24,789 bases of DNA. It comes from Candidatus Zixiibacteriota bacterium. Lineage in GTDB: Bacteria; Zixibacteria; MSB-5A5; WJJR01. The stretch covers positions 1-24,789 of the forward strand of contig JAVHPP010000167.1 in assembly GCA_036170655.1 (NCBI GenBank), in the 5' to 3' direction. The first letter of the stretch is position 1, and every line of letters begins with the position of its first letter. The notes under the pieces were generated by a model. It was given only the letters and a program-made list of their open reading frames with translations. It ran no database searches and had not been told where the DNA came from. The translations under genes and the position numbers were made by a program. Shown piece after piece: positions 9,501 to 18,594 of this stretch.

Positions 9501-11311
9501 TGCGCATGCGTTTCCGGCTGATCGTCATCTTGGCGGTCGCTTTGGCGTTCTGGCCAATCGGATCCCGTGCGGCGACCACTATGACCGCCTCGGTCGACAA
9601 GACCAATGTTTCGATGGGGAGTTACTTGACGTTGACCATTACGGTTGAGAGCGGGGAGCAGCAAGTGCCCACGCCGCAACTGCCCGAGCTGAGCGCTTTT
9701 GATGTCTATTCTTCAGGGCAGAGCCAGAACATCTCCTGGATCAATGGCAATCTGAGTTCTTCCATTTCCTTCACTTACATTCTTTCTCCGAAGCGCGAGG
9801 GCCAGTTTGTCATCGCGGCCGCCACGGTCAATGTGGGGGGACAGTCATACGCGAGCACCCCGATCACGGTGAATGTCATGCCCGCCCGTACCGCCCCGAC
9901 CACCCCGTCGCCCCCGGCGTCGGCGCCGCCGAGTGCCGAGGGCGCCCAGCGGCCCCACGATCGCCAGATCTTTATCACGGCGGAGCTGGATCGCGAAAGC
10001 GCATACGTGAACCAGCCGGTGACCTACATCTTCCGGTTCTACCAGGGCGAACCATTACTCGGAAATCCTGAGTACACGCGCCCATCTCTTCCCGGGTTCT
10101 GGGTCGAAGACCTGCCGCCGCAGCGGAAATTCACCACCGTGACCGGCAATGTTCGCTACGAGGTCACCGAGATTCGCACGGCGTTGTTCCCGACCGATGC
10201 TGGTGTGAAGGCCATCAGTCCCGCCGAAGTCAAGGCGACGGTCCGCAGCCGTCGCCGTACGCGTGTGCGCGACCCATTTGGTTTCTTCGGTGATGATTTC
10301 CTTAGTCTGGGGGACCGGGGTGAGTCGCTCAATCTGGTCACAAAATCGCTCAAACTGAATGTGCTACCGCTTCCCACGGAAGGCCGCCCGGACGACTTCA
10401 GCGGTGTCGTTGGCCAGTACACACTCGATGCCAGGGCCGATGTTCGCACGGTGAATGTCGGCGACCCGATCACTGTGACCGTGACTGTCACTGGCGAAGG
10501 AAACGTCAAGTCCGTTCCCGCTCCTCGCTTCGATTCTTCGGCGGCATTTCGAACTCTGCCGGCCGGAACCTCCGAGCAAATCGCGACTTCGGATTACAAG
10601 GTCAGCGGCAAGAAAGTCTATGAGTACGTGTTCGTTCCGCAGCGACCTGGCACGTACCGTGTCCCATCGTTCTCGTTTTCCTATTTCGATCCTAACGCCC
10701 GGCGTTACCGCACGCTCCGGACGGATTCTCTTGAAGTGACGGCGACCGGTGCCGCCGCAGATTTCACGATACCGTCCTTGTCGCTGAATAAAGATCAGGT
10801 GTCTGACCTGGCGGCCGATGTTCGCTTCCTGAAGACGGATGGCAGCCGTCTGCGCCTCCGTAGCGGGATCGGTGTCTTCGGGTGGGCATTCTGGCTTGGT
10901 CACGCGATCCCGCTTATGAGCTTGGTCGGGTTCATGGTCTGGCGGCGTCGCGAGTTGGCAATCGCGGCCGATCCCGTCGGCCGCCGCCGTAGGAGCGCGT
11001 ATCGTACTGCCTTGGCGCAGCTGTCATTGGCCACCGGTGATCGGTCAAATACCGCAGATAACCTCGCCACGACGCTTCTACAGTATTACTGTGACCGGTT
11101 CAACCGCGCCGCTTCTGGTGTACACCGCGAAGAAATGCGCAATGACTTTACGCGCGAAGGCATTCCCACCGCTCACATAGAGGATTTTCTCACCCTCCTC
11201 GATGAATGCGACCGCAGCCGCTACGCGGGAACGTCCGGTGGACAATCAGGTGGCGCCGTGGCAGATCGTGCCAGACAGGTTCTGGCTCGCTTAGAGGGTG
11301 TCAGCCGATGA
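9500..11311 (+). CDS. batD: BatD (oxygen tolerance) family protein
   Basis: Signal peptide, repeated BatD Ig-like domains (ASVDKTNVSMG, AYVNQPVTY, VNVGDPITVTVTVTGEGN), VLPLP..GRPDDFSGVVGQY, TM, helical tail. TGATG overlap with batC; GTG 9497 is also possible. Confidence 0.92.
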   Translation: MRMRFRLIVILAVALAFWPIGSRAATTMTASVDKTNVSMGSYLTLTITVESGEQQVPTPQLPELSAFDVYSSGQSQNISWINGNLSSSISFTYILSPKREGQFVIAAATVNVGGQSYASTPITVNVMPARTAPTTPSPPASAPPSAEGAQRPHDRQIFITAELDRESAYVNQPVTYIFRFYQGEPLLGNPEYTRPSLPGFWVEDLPPQRKFTTVTGNVRYEVTEIRTALFPTDAGVKAISPAEVKATVRSRRRTRVRDPFGFFGDDFLSLGDRGESLNLVTKSLKLNVLPLPTEGRPDDFSGVVGQYTLDARADVRTVNVGDPITVTVTVTGEGNVKSVPAPRFDSSAAFRTLPAGTSEQIATSDYKVSGKKVYEYVFVPQRPGTYRVPSFSFSYFDPNARRYRTLRTDSLEVTATGAAADFTIPSLSLNKDQVSDLAADVRFLKTDGSRLRLRSGIGVFGWAFWLGHAIPLMSLVGFMVWRRRELAIAADPVGRRRRSAYRTALAQLSLATGDRSNTADNLATTLLQYYCDRFNRAASGVHREEMRNDFTREGIPTAHIEDFLTLLDECDRSRYAGTSGGQSGGAVADRARQVLARLEGVSR

Positions 11312-12159
11312 AGCGTGACTGCGCAAATCGCGTCTCGGATTGTGATGCAGGCGATTGTGGTGCAGTTGTCCTCCCCTGCGCGTGCAGGCGAGGACGACTG
11401 CACCACTATCGCCTGTTGCTTGCCCTGCCGATCCTGGTGGCAGTTGTTGCATCACCGGCCCATTCCCAGAACGCCGATCAGATCTTCAACGACGCGGTAT
11501 CCGCTTATCAGCGTGGCCGCTTTGATTCGGCGGCAGTCGGCTTTCAGTCGATTGTCCGGCGCGGCATCGATGACGAGCGTGTATGGTACAACCTTGGCAA
11601 TTCCCAGTTTAAGATGCATCAGATTGGCCACGCACTCGTGTCATACCGCCGGGGTTTGCGCATCGCCCCGCGTGATGCCGATCTCAAAGCGAACCTCCGT
11701 TACGCACGTCTCTTCGCCGCCGATAAGATCGAAACGGTGGGTGAGTTTTTCCTCGAACAGTGGTGGCAAAAGCTGGTGAGCTATTTCTCTGTCTATGAAA
11801 CACGCGGGATAACAGCTGTGTTGTTTTGGCTGGCGGCTGCAGTGACAGTCTGGCGCCTCTGGCCACAGGCTCGGCATCTCCCGAATTGGAGAGTCATCGC
11901 TGCGACGTGGGTGCTGTGGGTCGTCGTCACCGGAGCGGCGGCAACTTGCTACGTTCGCGATGCGATCACCCTCGCCGGAGCCGTTACCACTGTCCAAACC
12001 AATGTCCGCGGCGGACCGGGCCAAGATTACGCACTTCAGTTTGTCGCCCATGATGGACTGATGGGGACGGTCGAACGGACCGAATCCGGCTGGCACCTTG
12101 TGCGTTTCCCCAATGGTGCCAAGGGTTGGGTCGCCGTCTCCGACTTCGAAATCATCTGA
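11308..12159 (+). CDS. batE: BatE, TPR + TM + SH3b-like protein
   Basis: YNLGNSQFKMHQIGHALVSYRRGLRIAPRDADLKANL (TPR), two TMs, NVRGGPGQDY...GAKGWV (SH3-like). Start at ATG 11308 gives an ATGA overlap with batD and follows GAGGG. Confidence 0.88.
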   Translation: MKRDCANRVSDCDAGDCGAVVLPCACRRGRLHHYRLLLALPILVAVVASPAHSQNADQIFNDAVSAYQRGRFDSAAVGFQSIVRRGIDDERVWYNLGNSQFKMHQIGHALVSYRRGLRIAPRDADLKANLRYARLFAADKIETVGEFFLEQWWQKLVSYFSVYETRGITAVLFWLAAAVTVWRLWPQARHLPNWRVIAATWVLWVVVTGAAATCYVRDAITLAGAVTTVQTNVRGGPGQDYALQFVAHDGLMGTVERTESGWHLVRFPNGAKGWVAVSDFEII

Positions 12160-12181
12160 ACAGCCTGAAGCGGGAAACGAT

Positions 12182-12205
12182 GTGGCGCAGCCGCCCTCGG
12201 CTGCG
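12182..12205 (+). repeat. GTGG-headed REP-like palindrome downstream of batE
   Basis: GTGG-CGCAGCCG-CCCT-CGGCTGCG: perfect 8-bp stem preceded by a GTRG tetranucleotide. Confidence 0.6.
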
Positions 12206-12392
12206 GGTACAGGCGCGGACGAAAGCCCGGCGATCTGCGCGTGACACCCACCCGGGTGCCCAGATTCCATCATCCGCATACGGCGGATTACTCCCTGTTT
12301 AGCCGTTGACTGTTTCCCTGCAATGCGGAATGTTAGCATCAGATGTGGGCGCGAGGGTGGCCCGGTCGGTCCGCTCGGGCCCAGGAGACAGA

Positions 12393-13544
12393 ATGCGGCA
12401 TCCGTGGTGGCGATCAAAACGTCTCTTGGGGCTGGTAGCCGCGCTCGGTTTTCTGGTCTATTCTTTCTGGGGAATTGATCCGCAGACCATCTGGCACACG
12501 TTCGCTCGCATCCGTCCCATCCATCTGCTCCTGGTGTTGCTCGGTGTGATCGGCATGCCTCTCGCACGGGCATTTCGCCTCAAGTACATCCTCGATCCGC
12601 AGAAGCGAGTGCCGGCGGGACGTCTCTTCGCCATCTTCAGCGTGGGTCAGTTGCTGAACATCGCGCTTCCTGCCCTGACTGGACAGGTGGCGAGAGTGGT
12701 TCTGTTCTCTCGCACACTCGGCATCACCAAGACGCTCGCATTTACGATGGTTTTCCTTGAGGTCCTCTTTGACGGGCTGACTCTTCTGATGCTGATCTTT
12801 GCAGCATCCTTCCTCGTTGTTCTGCCTCCGTGGCTGGTTCGTGGCGAGGTTGTAATCCTGCTGACGTGCGCACTCCTCTTCGCCTTTCTCTACATGCTGT
12901 TGCATCACCACCGGGATGGAGGCGTCCATCACGGCCCGTGGCGAAGGCGTTTACCTCCACGGCTGGTGCGCCAATGGGACAATATGAGCGCCTCGTTTCT
13001 GGCGGGTCTGCACATGCTAACCAGCAAACGGCACCTGGCGGTTGTGGCTCTTTTTTCCCTCGTTTCCTGGCTGTCCCATGCGCTCATCGTTCTCTTTCTG
13101 TTGCATACATTCGGATTCGAGTTTCCCCTGTGGGTCGCGATCGTCATCCTCATTGTCAATACGCTGGCCATTATGGTGCCATTGACACCGGGAAACATCG
13201 GGACCTTCCAGTTTGCCTGCATTATTGGTCTGGGTTTTTTCGGCATTCCCAAGGACGAAGCATTGAGCTTTTCGCTTGTCCTGCACATCTTCGAGGTTGG
13301 CCCCGTGTTCATTCTTGGTTCCATTGCCTCGTTCTCGCAGCATGTCCGTGTGCGTGAGTTCCGGACTCCGGAAGTGTTAGCTGAGCGCGAACGGCTGACC
13401 ACGGAGACAATGACCTTCGAATCGCTCGAGAATTCGTCAGAGCGAATGGGGTCGGGGACTCGCGCGTCGGAGCAGAAGACGCAGGCTCTGCCCGGGCAAT
13501 CCCCTTCGGGCGGCACGGATGTGCGGTCGCCCCGGGATCAGTGA
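12393..13544 (+). CDS. Lysylphosphatidylglycerol synthase TM-region / UPF0104 flippase-like membrane protein
   Basis: Multi-TM protein with RAFRLKYIL, LNIALPALTGQVAR, EVLFD, VPLTPGNIGTFQ motifs. Start at ATG 12393 follows AGGAG (12383-12387); the TTG at 12306 is probably upstream of the true start. Confidence 0.85.
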   Translation: MRHPWWRSKRLLGLVAALGFLVYSFWGIDPQTIWHTFARIRPIHLLLVLLGVIGMPLARAFRLKYILDPQKRVPAGRLFAIFSVGQLLNIALPALTGQVARVVLFSRTLGITKTLAFTMVFLEVLFDGLTLLMLIFAASFLVVLPPWLVRGEVVILLTCALLFAFLYMLLHHHRDGGVHHGPWRRRLPPRLVRQWDNMSASFLAGLHMLTSKRHLAVVALFSLVSWLSHALIVLFLLHTFGFEFPLWVAIVILIVNTLAIMVPLTPGNIGTFQFACIIGLGFFGIPKDEALSFSLVLHIFEVGPVFILGSIASFSQHVRVREFRTPEVLAERERLTTETMTFESLENSSERMGSGTRASEQKTQALPGQSPSGGTDVRSPRDQ

Positions 13545-13567
13545 CTGTCACTTCCCGGGAGGCCGTG

Positions 13568-13596
13568 TTGACCCGTCTGCCCGTGGGAGCTATATT
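13568..13596 (+). promoter_or_regulatory. sigma70-type promoter
   Basis: TTGACC-N17-TATATT, about 30 nt upstream of GAGGAGG SD and ATG 13629. Confidence 0.7.
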
Positions 13597-13628
13597 GTCA
13601 GCGGTGCACAGACGGCGAGGAGGAACAA

Positions 13629-13943
13629 ATGTACTTCCTGGTTTATGAACGGCGCAAAGGAAGCGACGAGGAGATCAATGATCTCGGCGCGCTCGTTTCC
13701 GGCATCACCGAATGGCTGACCCATCTGCAGCAATTGATGAAGCAGGGCAAAGTCGTCCATCACTGGGGGTTTCGCGGACAGCATGGGAGCGTCACGATCT
13801 TCGATGTCGCCTCGGGGGAAGAATTGCAGAACATCCTACGCCAGAACCCCATGGATGAAAAATTGGTATGTCGTGAGATCTACCCCGTCTGCACAATCGA
13901 GCAGGAGATCAATAACGTCTCCAACTATATGACCGGCATTTAA
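13629..13943 (+). CDS. Muconolactone delta-isomerase-like / dimeric alpha-beta barrel small protein
   Basis: GKVVHHWGFRGQHGSVTIFDVASGEELQNILRQNPM resembles the CatC-type 'GK..H.W...G......IFDV.S..EL..IL...P' pattern. Strong SD and own promoter. Confidence 0.65.
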   Translation: MYFLVYERRKGSDEEINDLGALVSGITEWLTHLQQLMKQGKVVHHWGFRGQHGSVTIFDVASGEELQNILRQNPMDEKLVCREIYPVCTIEQEINNVSNYMTGI

Positions 13944-14006
13944 TGGACATGGTCCCCCCGACGCCGTCCGCCTTCTCGTTCCGGGTTGGTCACGATCTGA
14001 GTCCGC

Positions 14007-14939
14007 ATGGGTGAAGCGCGCGAGTACGATGGCCGCGTCATCAAGTGCTTTGGCCGGCGTTTCGTCGTCTTCACGAGGGAGGGCACGTTCGATTGTGATT
14101 TGCGCGGACGGTTTCGCTTGGGGATGGGGAAAACAGTGACGCCCGTCGCTGTAGGGGACCGCGTCACCATCACGGTCGAGGCACCCCCGTATGGTGTGAT
14201 TGAAACCCTCCATCCGCGCACCAACAAGCTCTCCCGTCCCGATATCCTGCACCCGGATCGTGAGCAGGTGATCGTCGCCAATTGCGATCAACTGATCGTG
14301 GTCAGTTCGGTCGCGCACCCGCGGCTCAAAACCGGCGCCATCGACCGCTTCCTGCTGACTGCCGAGAAGAACGGCCTGCGCGGGGTCGTGGTCATCAACA
14401 AGGCCGATCTCGCCACGGGCGACACCCACCAGCATGTCGCATTTATCTATGAATCCGTCGGATACCCGGTCGTGCTGACGTCGGTCAAGACCCGCGAGGG
14501 GTTGGACACACTCCGGGAGATTGTCCGGTTCAAGACGTCCATTTTTGCCGGACATTCGGGCGTTGGCAAATCATCGCTCCTCAATGCTCTGCAACCCGGC
14601 CTGGCGATCGCCGTCGGAGAGGTTTCCGAATCGACCGACCGGGGGATTCACACCACGACCACCGTCGCGCTTCACCCGCTCGACTTCGGCGGGTACATCG
14701 TTGACACTCCCGGCCAGCGTGTGATCGGCCTCTGGGATGTGGCGCCGGACGAACTGCCCGGTCTCTTTCGTGAATTCGTCCCCTTGCGCGACCACTGCCG
14801 TTTCCGCCGATGCATGCACATCGGCGAGCCGGACTGCGCCGTCAAGCTGGCCGTTACCGAGGGCCGGATTACCACCGAACGGTACGACAGTTATCTGCGC
14901 ATCCGCCAGTCCCTGAATGAGGAACGTCCACGCCTGTAA
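14007..14939 (+). CDS. rsgA: Ribosome small subunit-dependent GTPase A
   Basis: OB-fold VAVGDRV, circularly permuted G motifs NKAD, GHSGVGKSS, HTTT, DTPG, and Zn finger CRFRRCMHIGEPDC. Confidence 0.97.
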   Translation: MGEAREYDGRVIKCFGRRFVVFTREGTFDCDLRGRFRLGMGKTVTPVAVGDRVTITVEAPPYGVIETLHPRTNKLSRPDILHPDREQVIVANCDQLIVVSSVAHPRLKTGAIDRFLLTAEKNGLRGVVVINKADLATGDTHQHVAFIYESVGYPVVLTSVKTREGLDTLREIVRFKTSIFAGHSGVGKSSLLNALQPGLAIAVGEVSESTDRGIHTTTTVALHPLDFGGYIVDTPGQRVIGLWDVAPDELPGLFREFVPLRDHCRFRRCMHIGEPDCAVKLAVTEGRITTERYDSYLRIRQSLNEERPRL

Positions 14940-14947
14940 CTTCCGGC

Positions 14948-14976
14948 TTGCTTGACGCCGCACTCGGACGTAAAAT
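14948..14976 (+). promoter_or_regulatory. sigma70-type promoter (candidate)
   Basis: TTGCTT-N17-TAAAAT immediately after the rsgA stop. Confidence 0.5.
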
Positions 14977-14993
14977 GCATACTGATGGGGACG

Positions 14994-15422
14994 ATGCGCT
15001 GCATGTCTGGGTACTCGCTGCGATGGACGCTGATTGGATGCGTGATGCTCGTAGGTGTGTTGTTGCAGAGCTGCGCCAAGCGCATGGACCCCGTCGATCA
15101 GATCAATGCCATGGTCCCGCAGATCACCGATGCGTTGAATCGCCACGATGCGACGGCCCTGAAGAAACTGGCCACCGCCCGCTTCGATGCCGACATGTTC
15201 ATTGCCGAAATGTTCACTCAGGATGTCGGCGACAAGGTCACTTTATCCGTGGCGCGTATTCGTATTGTGGGCGATGAGATCAGACTCACCGCCAGCGCCG
15301 TTTACAGTCCGAATGAGATGTACGGCGGCGCCAAGGAAGTTTCTATTCTCTTTGCGGGTGGTAGGAAGTTGAAAATGGACCAGTACACGGTCACTCATCT
15401 GGTGTCTGCCAAGCGACGGTAG
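14994..15422 (+). CDS. Putative lipoprotein of unknown function
   Basis: Hydrophobic stretch ending in lipobox-like VLLQS-C. Start among ATG 14985/14994/15003; the listed TTG 14952 lies inside the promoter candidate. Confidence 0.6.
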   Translation: MRCMSGYSLRWTLIGCVMLVGVLLQSCAKRMDPVDQINAMVPQITDALNRHDATALKKLATARFDADMFIAEMFTQDVGDKVTLSVARIRIVGDEIRLTASAVYSPNEMYGGAKEVSILFAGGRKLKMDQYTVTHLVSAKRR

Positions 15423-15440
15423 ATCGTTCCGCTCCCCCGA

Positions 15441-16238
15441 ATGTCCGTGTCCGCCACACAGGTGACCCAGAACTCAGTTCCGAATCCATCTCCGACGCCG
15501 GTGCCGTCACAGCCGAGCGCGAAGTCACGTTTCATCCGCCGCATGTTCGACACCATCGCGCCGGACTATGACCGTCTGAACACGTGGGTCTCCCTGGGGT
15601 TGGATCATCGCTGGCGGCGGCGAGCGGCCCGCCTGATGCCGAATGATGGCTGGATCGCCGATTGGTGCGCCGGCACCGGCGACCTCGCTCGCGCATACCT
15701 CCGCCGGAAAGGAACCAGCGGCCGCGTGGTCCTCTGCGATTTCTCCGCGGAAATGAGGCGGCTTCACGAAGCGAAGTTCACGACGGCGGAGAAAGCCCGC
15801 ATGTTCTATGTTTCCTGTGACGTCACCCGGGCGCCTTTTCGTGACGGCGTCTTCAACGGGCAGCTCATGGGTTTTTCGCTCCGCAATCTGACCAGCCGCA
15901 CCGCGTTTTTCATGGAGGCCGCGCGTTGCTCGGCGTCCGATGGCCGTGGCGCTCTCGTCGATCTCGCCAATCCCCGCGTCGCCATCTGGCGCTGGGCCTG
16001 CCGTATTCATTTTACTGTGATCGCACCGATGATGGTTTCCCTGCTGGCGCGACGAGGGATGTATGCCTACCGCTACTTAGCCGAGTCGATCCGGCGCCAG
16101 CCTCCTCCGGAGCAGATCGTGGCCGAGATGCGTTCCGCCGGATTGCCCGGAGCGGGCTGCCGGTTGCTTGCCGGTGGTGTGGGTGCCCTGTTTCACTGGG
16201 GATGGACGTCACACGATTTGTCAAGGTCCGTGGGCTGA
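15441..16238 (+). CDS. ubiE: UbiE/MenG-family quinone biosynthesis C-methyltransferase
   Basis: MFDTIAPDYDRLN...SLGLDHRWRR, DWCAGTGD (SAM motif I), DFSAEM, FSLRN, AYRYLAESI. Confidence 0.8.
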   Translation: MSVSATQVTQNSVPNPSPTPVPSQPSAKSRFIRRMFDTIAPDYDRLNTWVSLGLDHRWRRRAARLMPNDGWIADWCAGTGDLARAYLRRKGTSGRVVLCDFSAEMRRLHEAKFTTAEKARMFYVSCDVTRAPFRDGVFNGQLMGFSLRNLTSRTAFFMEAARCSASDGRGALVDLANPRVAIWRWACRIHFTVIAPMMVSLLARRGMYAYRYLAESIRRQPPPEQIVAEMRSAGLPGAGCRLLAGGVGALFHWGWTSHDLSRSVG

Positions 16239-16243
16239 ATACC

Positions 16244-16273
16244 TGGCATGTTTGGGTCAAACAGGTGTATAAT
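16244..16273 (+). promoter_or_regulatory. Candidate sigma70 promoter for the rhodanese operon
   Basis: Perfect TATAAT at 16268-16273 with only a weak -35 (TGGCAT, 18-bp spacer). GAGGAG SD at 16311-16316. Confidence 0.5.
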
Positions 16274-16320
16274 TCCACATTCGGTAACTGCAATGCCCGG
16301 ATCATCGTGATGAGGAGACC

Positions 16321-16866
16321 ATGAAGAGGGCAATCACCCAGATCGTCCAATTGTGTATTCTGGCCGCTGTCTTCGCTGTCGGCCGTAATACGATCGCTCC
16401 CGGTGGGATCGCGTGGGTGGGGCAGTGGACGGCGGCGACCGCATCCACCGACTCCAGCAATGCTGCGCCGCACTCGCCATCGGCCCAGCCGGACGATCCG
16501 CCGTTCTTGACCTTCGAGGCAGCCAAGGCCAAATTCGCCGATCCCGGCGTGATCTTCCTCGATGCCCGCGACCCGGAGGACTACCGCGCGGGACACATCG
16601 CGAGGTCCATTGCGCTGCCCTTTGAAGAGTTCGATCAATACTGGCCCGATGTCGAACCGCAGCTGCCCCGTGACCGCGAAATCGTCGCCTACTGCTCCGG
16701 CGCCGAATGCGAACTCTCGCTCTTTCTTGCGCGGCATCTGCGCACGTTGGGATACACGAAACTGTCGATCTTCTTCGGTGGCTGGAGCAAGTGGCAGGAG
16801 CAGGGCCTCCCCGCTGACACCGGGATGGCCGCGCCGGGCACGGTGGGTAGAGAGGGGAGAGGGTGA
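16321..16866 (+). CDS. Membrane-anchored rhodanese-like domain protein
   Basis: N-terminal hydrophobic segment, FLDARDPEDYRAGHIARSIALP, active-site loop AYCSGAECELS, FFGGWSKW. Confidence 0.9.
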   Translation: MKRAITQIVQLCILAAVFAVGRNTIAPGGIAWVGQWTAATASTDSSNAAPHSPSAQPDDPPFLTFEAAKAKFADPGVIFLDARDPEDYRAGHIARSIALPFEEFDQYWPDVEPQLPRDREIVAYCSGAECELSLFLARHLRTLGYTKLSIFFGGWSKWQEQGLPADTGMAAPGTVGREGRG

Positions 16867-17369
16867 TGCCGATTCTGCGCAACGAGTGGTTGTCGCTCAT
16901 CGCCCGGCTCGTGGTCGGTGTGGTCTATGTTTATGCCTCGATTGACAAGATTATCCACCCCGAGGCCTTCGCCAAAATCGTCAGCAACTACCACATCCTG
17001 CCCGGCTCTCTCATCAACATCTTCGCGCTCTTCCTGCCGTGGGTGGAGATGTTCTGCGGCATCGCGTTGATCATCGGCGCTCGCGTTCTCGGCGCCTCGA
17101 CCATCCTCGCTGGCTTGACTGCGGTCTTCATTGTGGCGGTGGGGATCAATGTCCTGCGTGGTGTCAACATCGCCTGTGGCTGTTTCTCCACATCATCAAA
17201 GGCCCGCACACTCGGATTGACGCTCTTAATTCAAGATGCCGTTCTGCTTCTTCTGGCGTTGCATGTCCTGGTGCGTGGTCCCGGCCGATGGGCGCTGGAA
17301 TCGCATTGCCCTCCGTCCCCATCAGCGGCGGCGGTTCCTTCGGGGGCGTCTGCGCATGAGCAGCTTTGA
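16863..17369 (+). CDS. MauE/DoxX family redox-associated membrane protein
   Basis: RLVVGVVYVYASIDKI..P..F, LPWVE, RGVNIACGCF motif. GTGA overlap with the rhodanese gene. Confidence 0.9.
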   Translation: MMPILRNEWLSLIARLVVGVVYVYASIDKIIHPEAFAKIVSNYHILPGSLINIFALFLPWVEMFCGIALIIGARVLGASTILAGLTAVFIVAVGINVLRGVNIACGCFSTSSKARTLGLTLLIQDAVLLLLALHVLVRGPGRWALESHCPPSPSAAAVPSGASAHEQL

Positions 17370-18093
17370 CTTCCTCGCGCACCACTACAATGCAATGACC
17401 GGCTTTCCCGGCCGGATCGATGCGCTGGCCGCGTCGATCCGCCCCTGGCTCGAAGCGTGGCGCGTGAAGACCGCCCTTGATGCCGGTTGCGGCGGTGGCG
17501 CGCTCATGTTTGCGCTCGACAACTGCGGTGTGACGCCCGTCGGGCTGGATCTCTCCGAACCGATGTTACGTCTCGCCATCCAGAACGCGCGCGAGCGCAG
17601 CAAATCCTTTTGTTTCCACGGCGCGCCCCATGCCTCTGCCGGCGCCATCCATCCCGGCGCCTTCGATGCCGTCTTCTGTCTGGGCAATGCGATTATCGGC
17701 GAGCACGACGACCGGTCGATGATCGAATCTCTCTCCGGACTCTGCCGGTCCCTGCGGCCGGGCGGCCATATTCTGATCCAGATTCTCAATCTCACGCCGT
17801 TCTTCCTCGGTCTCAAAACCGTCATCGCCCGTCGGTCTCTCGATGGCCGCGAATACCTGCGCTTCGCGACACCGCAGAAAGACCAGCTCACGTTTTGTGC
17901 TCTCGTTCTCGGCCCCGCCAGTGAAGTCGATGTCCACACATCAACATGGGGCCGCTGGGAGCGTGTCCGGCTGCTGTCTTGCGTCTCGGAGGCGGGATTT
18001 GAGGACGTGGCAACTTATGGAGCCATCGACAAATCGCCGTTCGATCCACGCCAATCGACCGATCTGGTCGTCGTCGCGCGGAGCGCGGTCTGA
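17356..18093 (+). CDS. Class I SAM-dependent methyltransferase (glycine/sarcosine N-methyltransferase-like)
   Basis: LDAGCGGG, GLDLSEPML, FDAVFCLGN, LRPGG, YG...PFDP..S..LVVVA. Start at ATG 17356 overlaps the mauE-like 3' end. Confidence 0.88.
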   Translation: MSSFDFLAHHYNAMTGFPGRIDALAASIRPWLEAWRVKTALDAGCGGGALMFALDNCGVTPVGLDLSEPMLRLAIQNARERSKSFCFHGAPHASAGAIHPGAFDAVFCLGNAIIGEHDDRSMIESLSGLCRSLRPGGHILIQILNLTPFFLGLKTVIARRSLDGREYLRFATPQKDQLTFCALVLGPASEVDVHTSTWGRWERVRLLSCVSEAGFEDVATYGAIDKSPFDPRQSTDLVVVARSAV

Positions 18094-18187
18094 CGAATCG
18101 GTGAGTGATTGCCTCCGGTCTCGCTCCAGCGGACTCGACGGAGTGTGCAAAAAACCGCATCCCCATCGCGTGAAGCAGGGCACGGAT

Positions 18188-18241
18188 GAGATTGCTTCGT
18201 CGGTCGTTTCGCTTTCAGCGGACCTCCCTCCTCGCAATGAC
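18188..18241. repeat. Palindromic element of the GAGATTGCTTCG...CTCGCAATGAC (CGTC/RPE-like) type, single half
   Basis: GAGATTGCTTCGTCG-N-CTCCTCGCAATGAC with ATTGC/GCAAT pairing. Recognised from memory as a widespread intergenic repeat type. Confidence 0.6.
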
Positions 18242-18344
18242 CCAAGCGATTACGGGTCGTCGATGGGCGAATCAATCTCAGCTTTATGAATGATCAAATG
18301 ACCACGATGGGGGGCAGCGCTCCCCCGAGGCGGCATACCGTATC

Positions 18345-18567
18345 ACAAACTTGAAAGGGACCTCATCCCCGCATGAGGTCCCTTTCGTACTGTACTGACG
18401 CCCTTCCACAGTATAGTCAGTACCGCTCTTGTAGTCTCAGGATTGGGCCGCGCGAGATATCTCAACCGTCCTTTGGTCTCGAGTTTCTCCCCATCTTTCG
18501 ATCGCTTTTTCTTTCTACTCTCACGTGCACCCAATCCTGTCACGAACATGGAGGAGTACAGGTCCAC
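18345..18567 (-). ncRNA. Candidate structured small RNA (unassigned family)
   Basis: Lies between convergent genes, with a sigma54-like promoter (18578-18594) and a terminator (18353-18386). Long stem 18438-18456/18520-18539, 8-bp stem 18392-18399/18416-18423, CUCCUCC near the 5' end. No expression data. Confidence 0.5.
18353..18386 (-). terminator. Rho-independent terminator (possibly bidirectional)
   Basis: Perfect 14-bp stem GAAAGGGACCTCAT-N6-ATGAGGTCCCTTTC. On the - strand it ends ...CCCUUUCAAGUUUG. Confidence 0.75.
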
Positions 18568-18577
18568 ACACCGTATA

Positions 18578-18594
18578 AACAACTTCCGTGCCAA
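18578..18594 (-). promoter_or_regulatory. sigma54 (-24/-12)-like promoter
   Basis: Minus strand TTGGCACGGAAGTTGTT versus consensus YTGGCACG-N4-TTGCW: correct spacing, one mismatch (C to T at -12). Confidence 0.55.

Noticed and set aside
12306..12339. TTGACT ... TAGCAT promoter candidate for the flippase-like gene
   Set aside because: The spacer is 22 bp; only an extended -10 (TGTTAGCAT) is plausible, which is too weak to list as a feature.
18343..18594. 83-aa minus-strand ORF (or 68 aa from ATG 18549)
   Set aside because: The TTG start lies inside the sigma54-like motif, the internal ATG is preceded by an anti-SD rather than an SD, the ORF runs through the terminator hairpin, and no motif is recognisable. 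A small peptide cannot be fully excluded.
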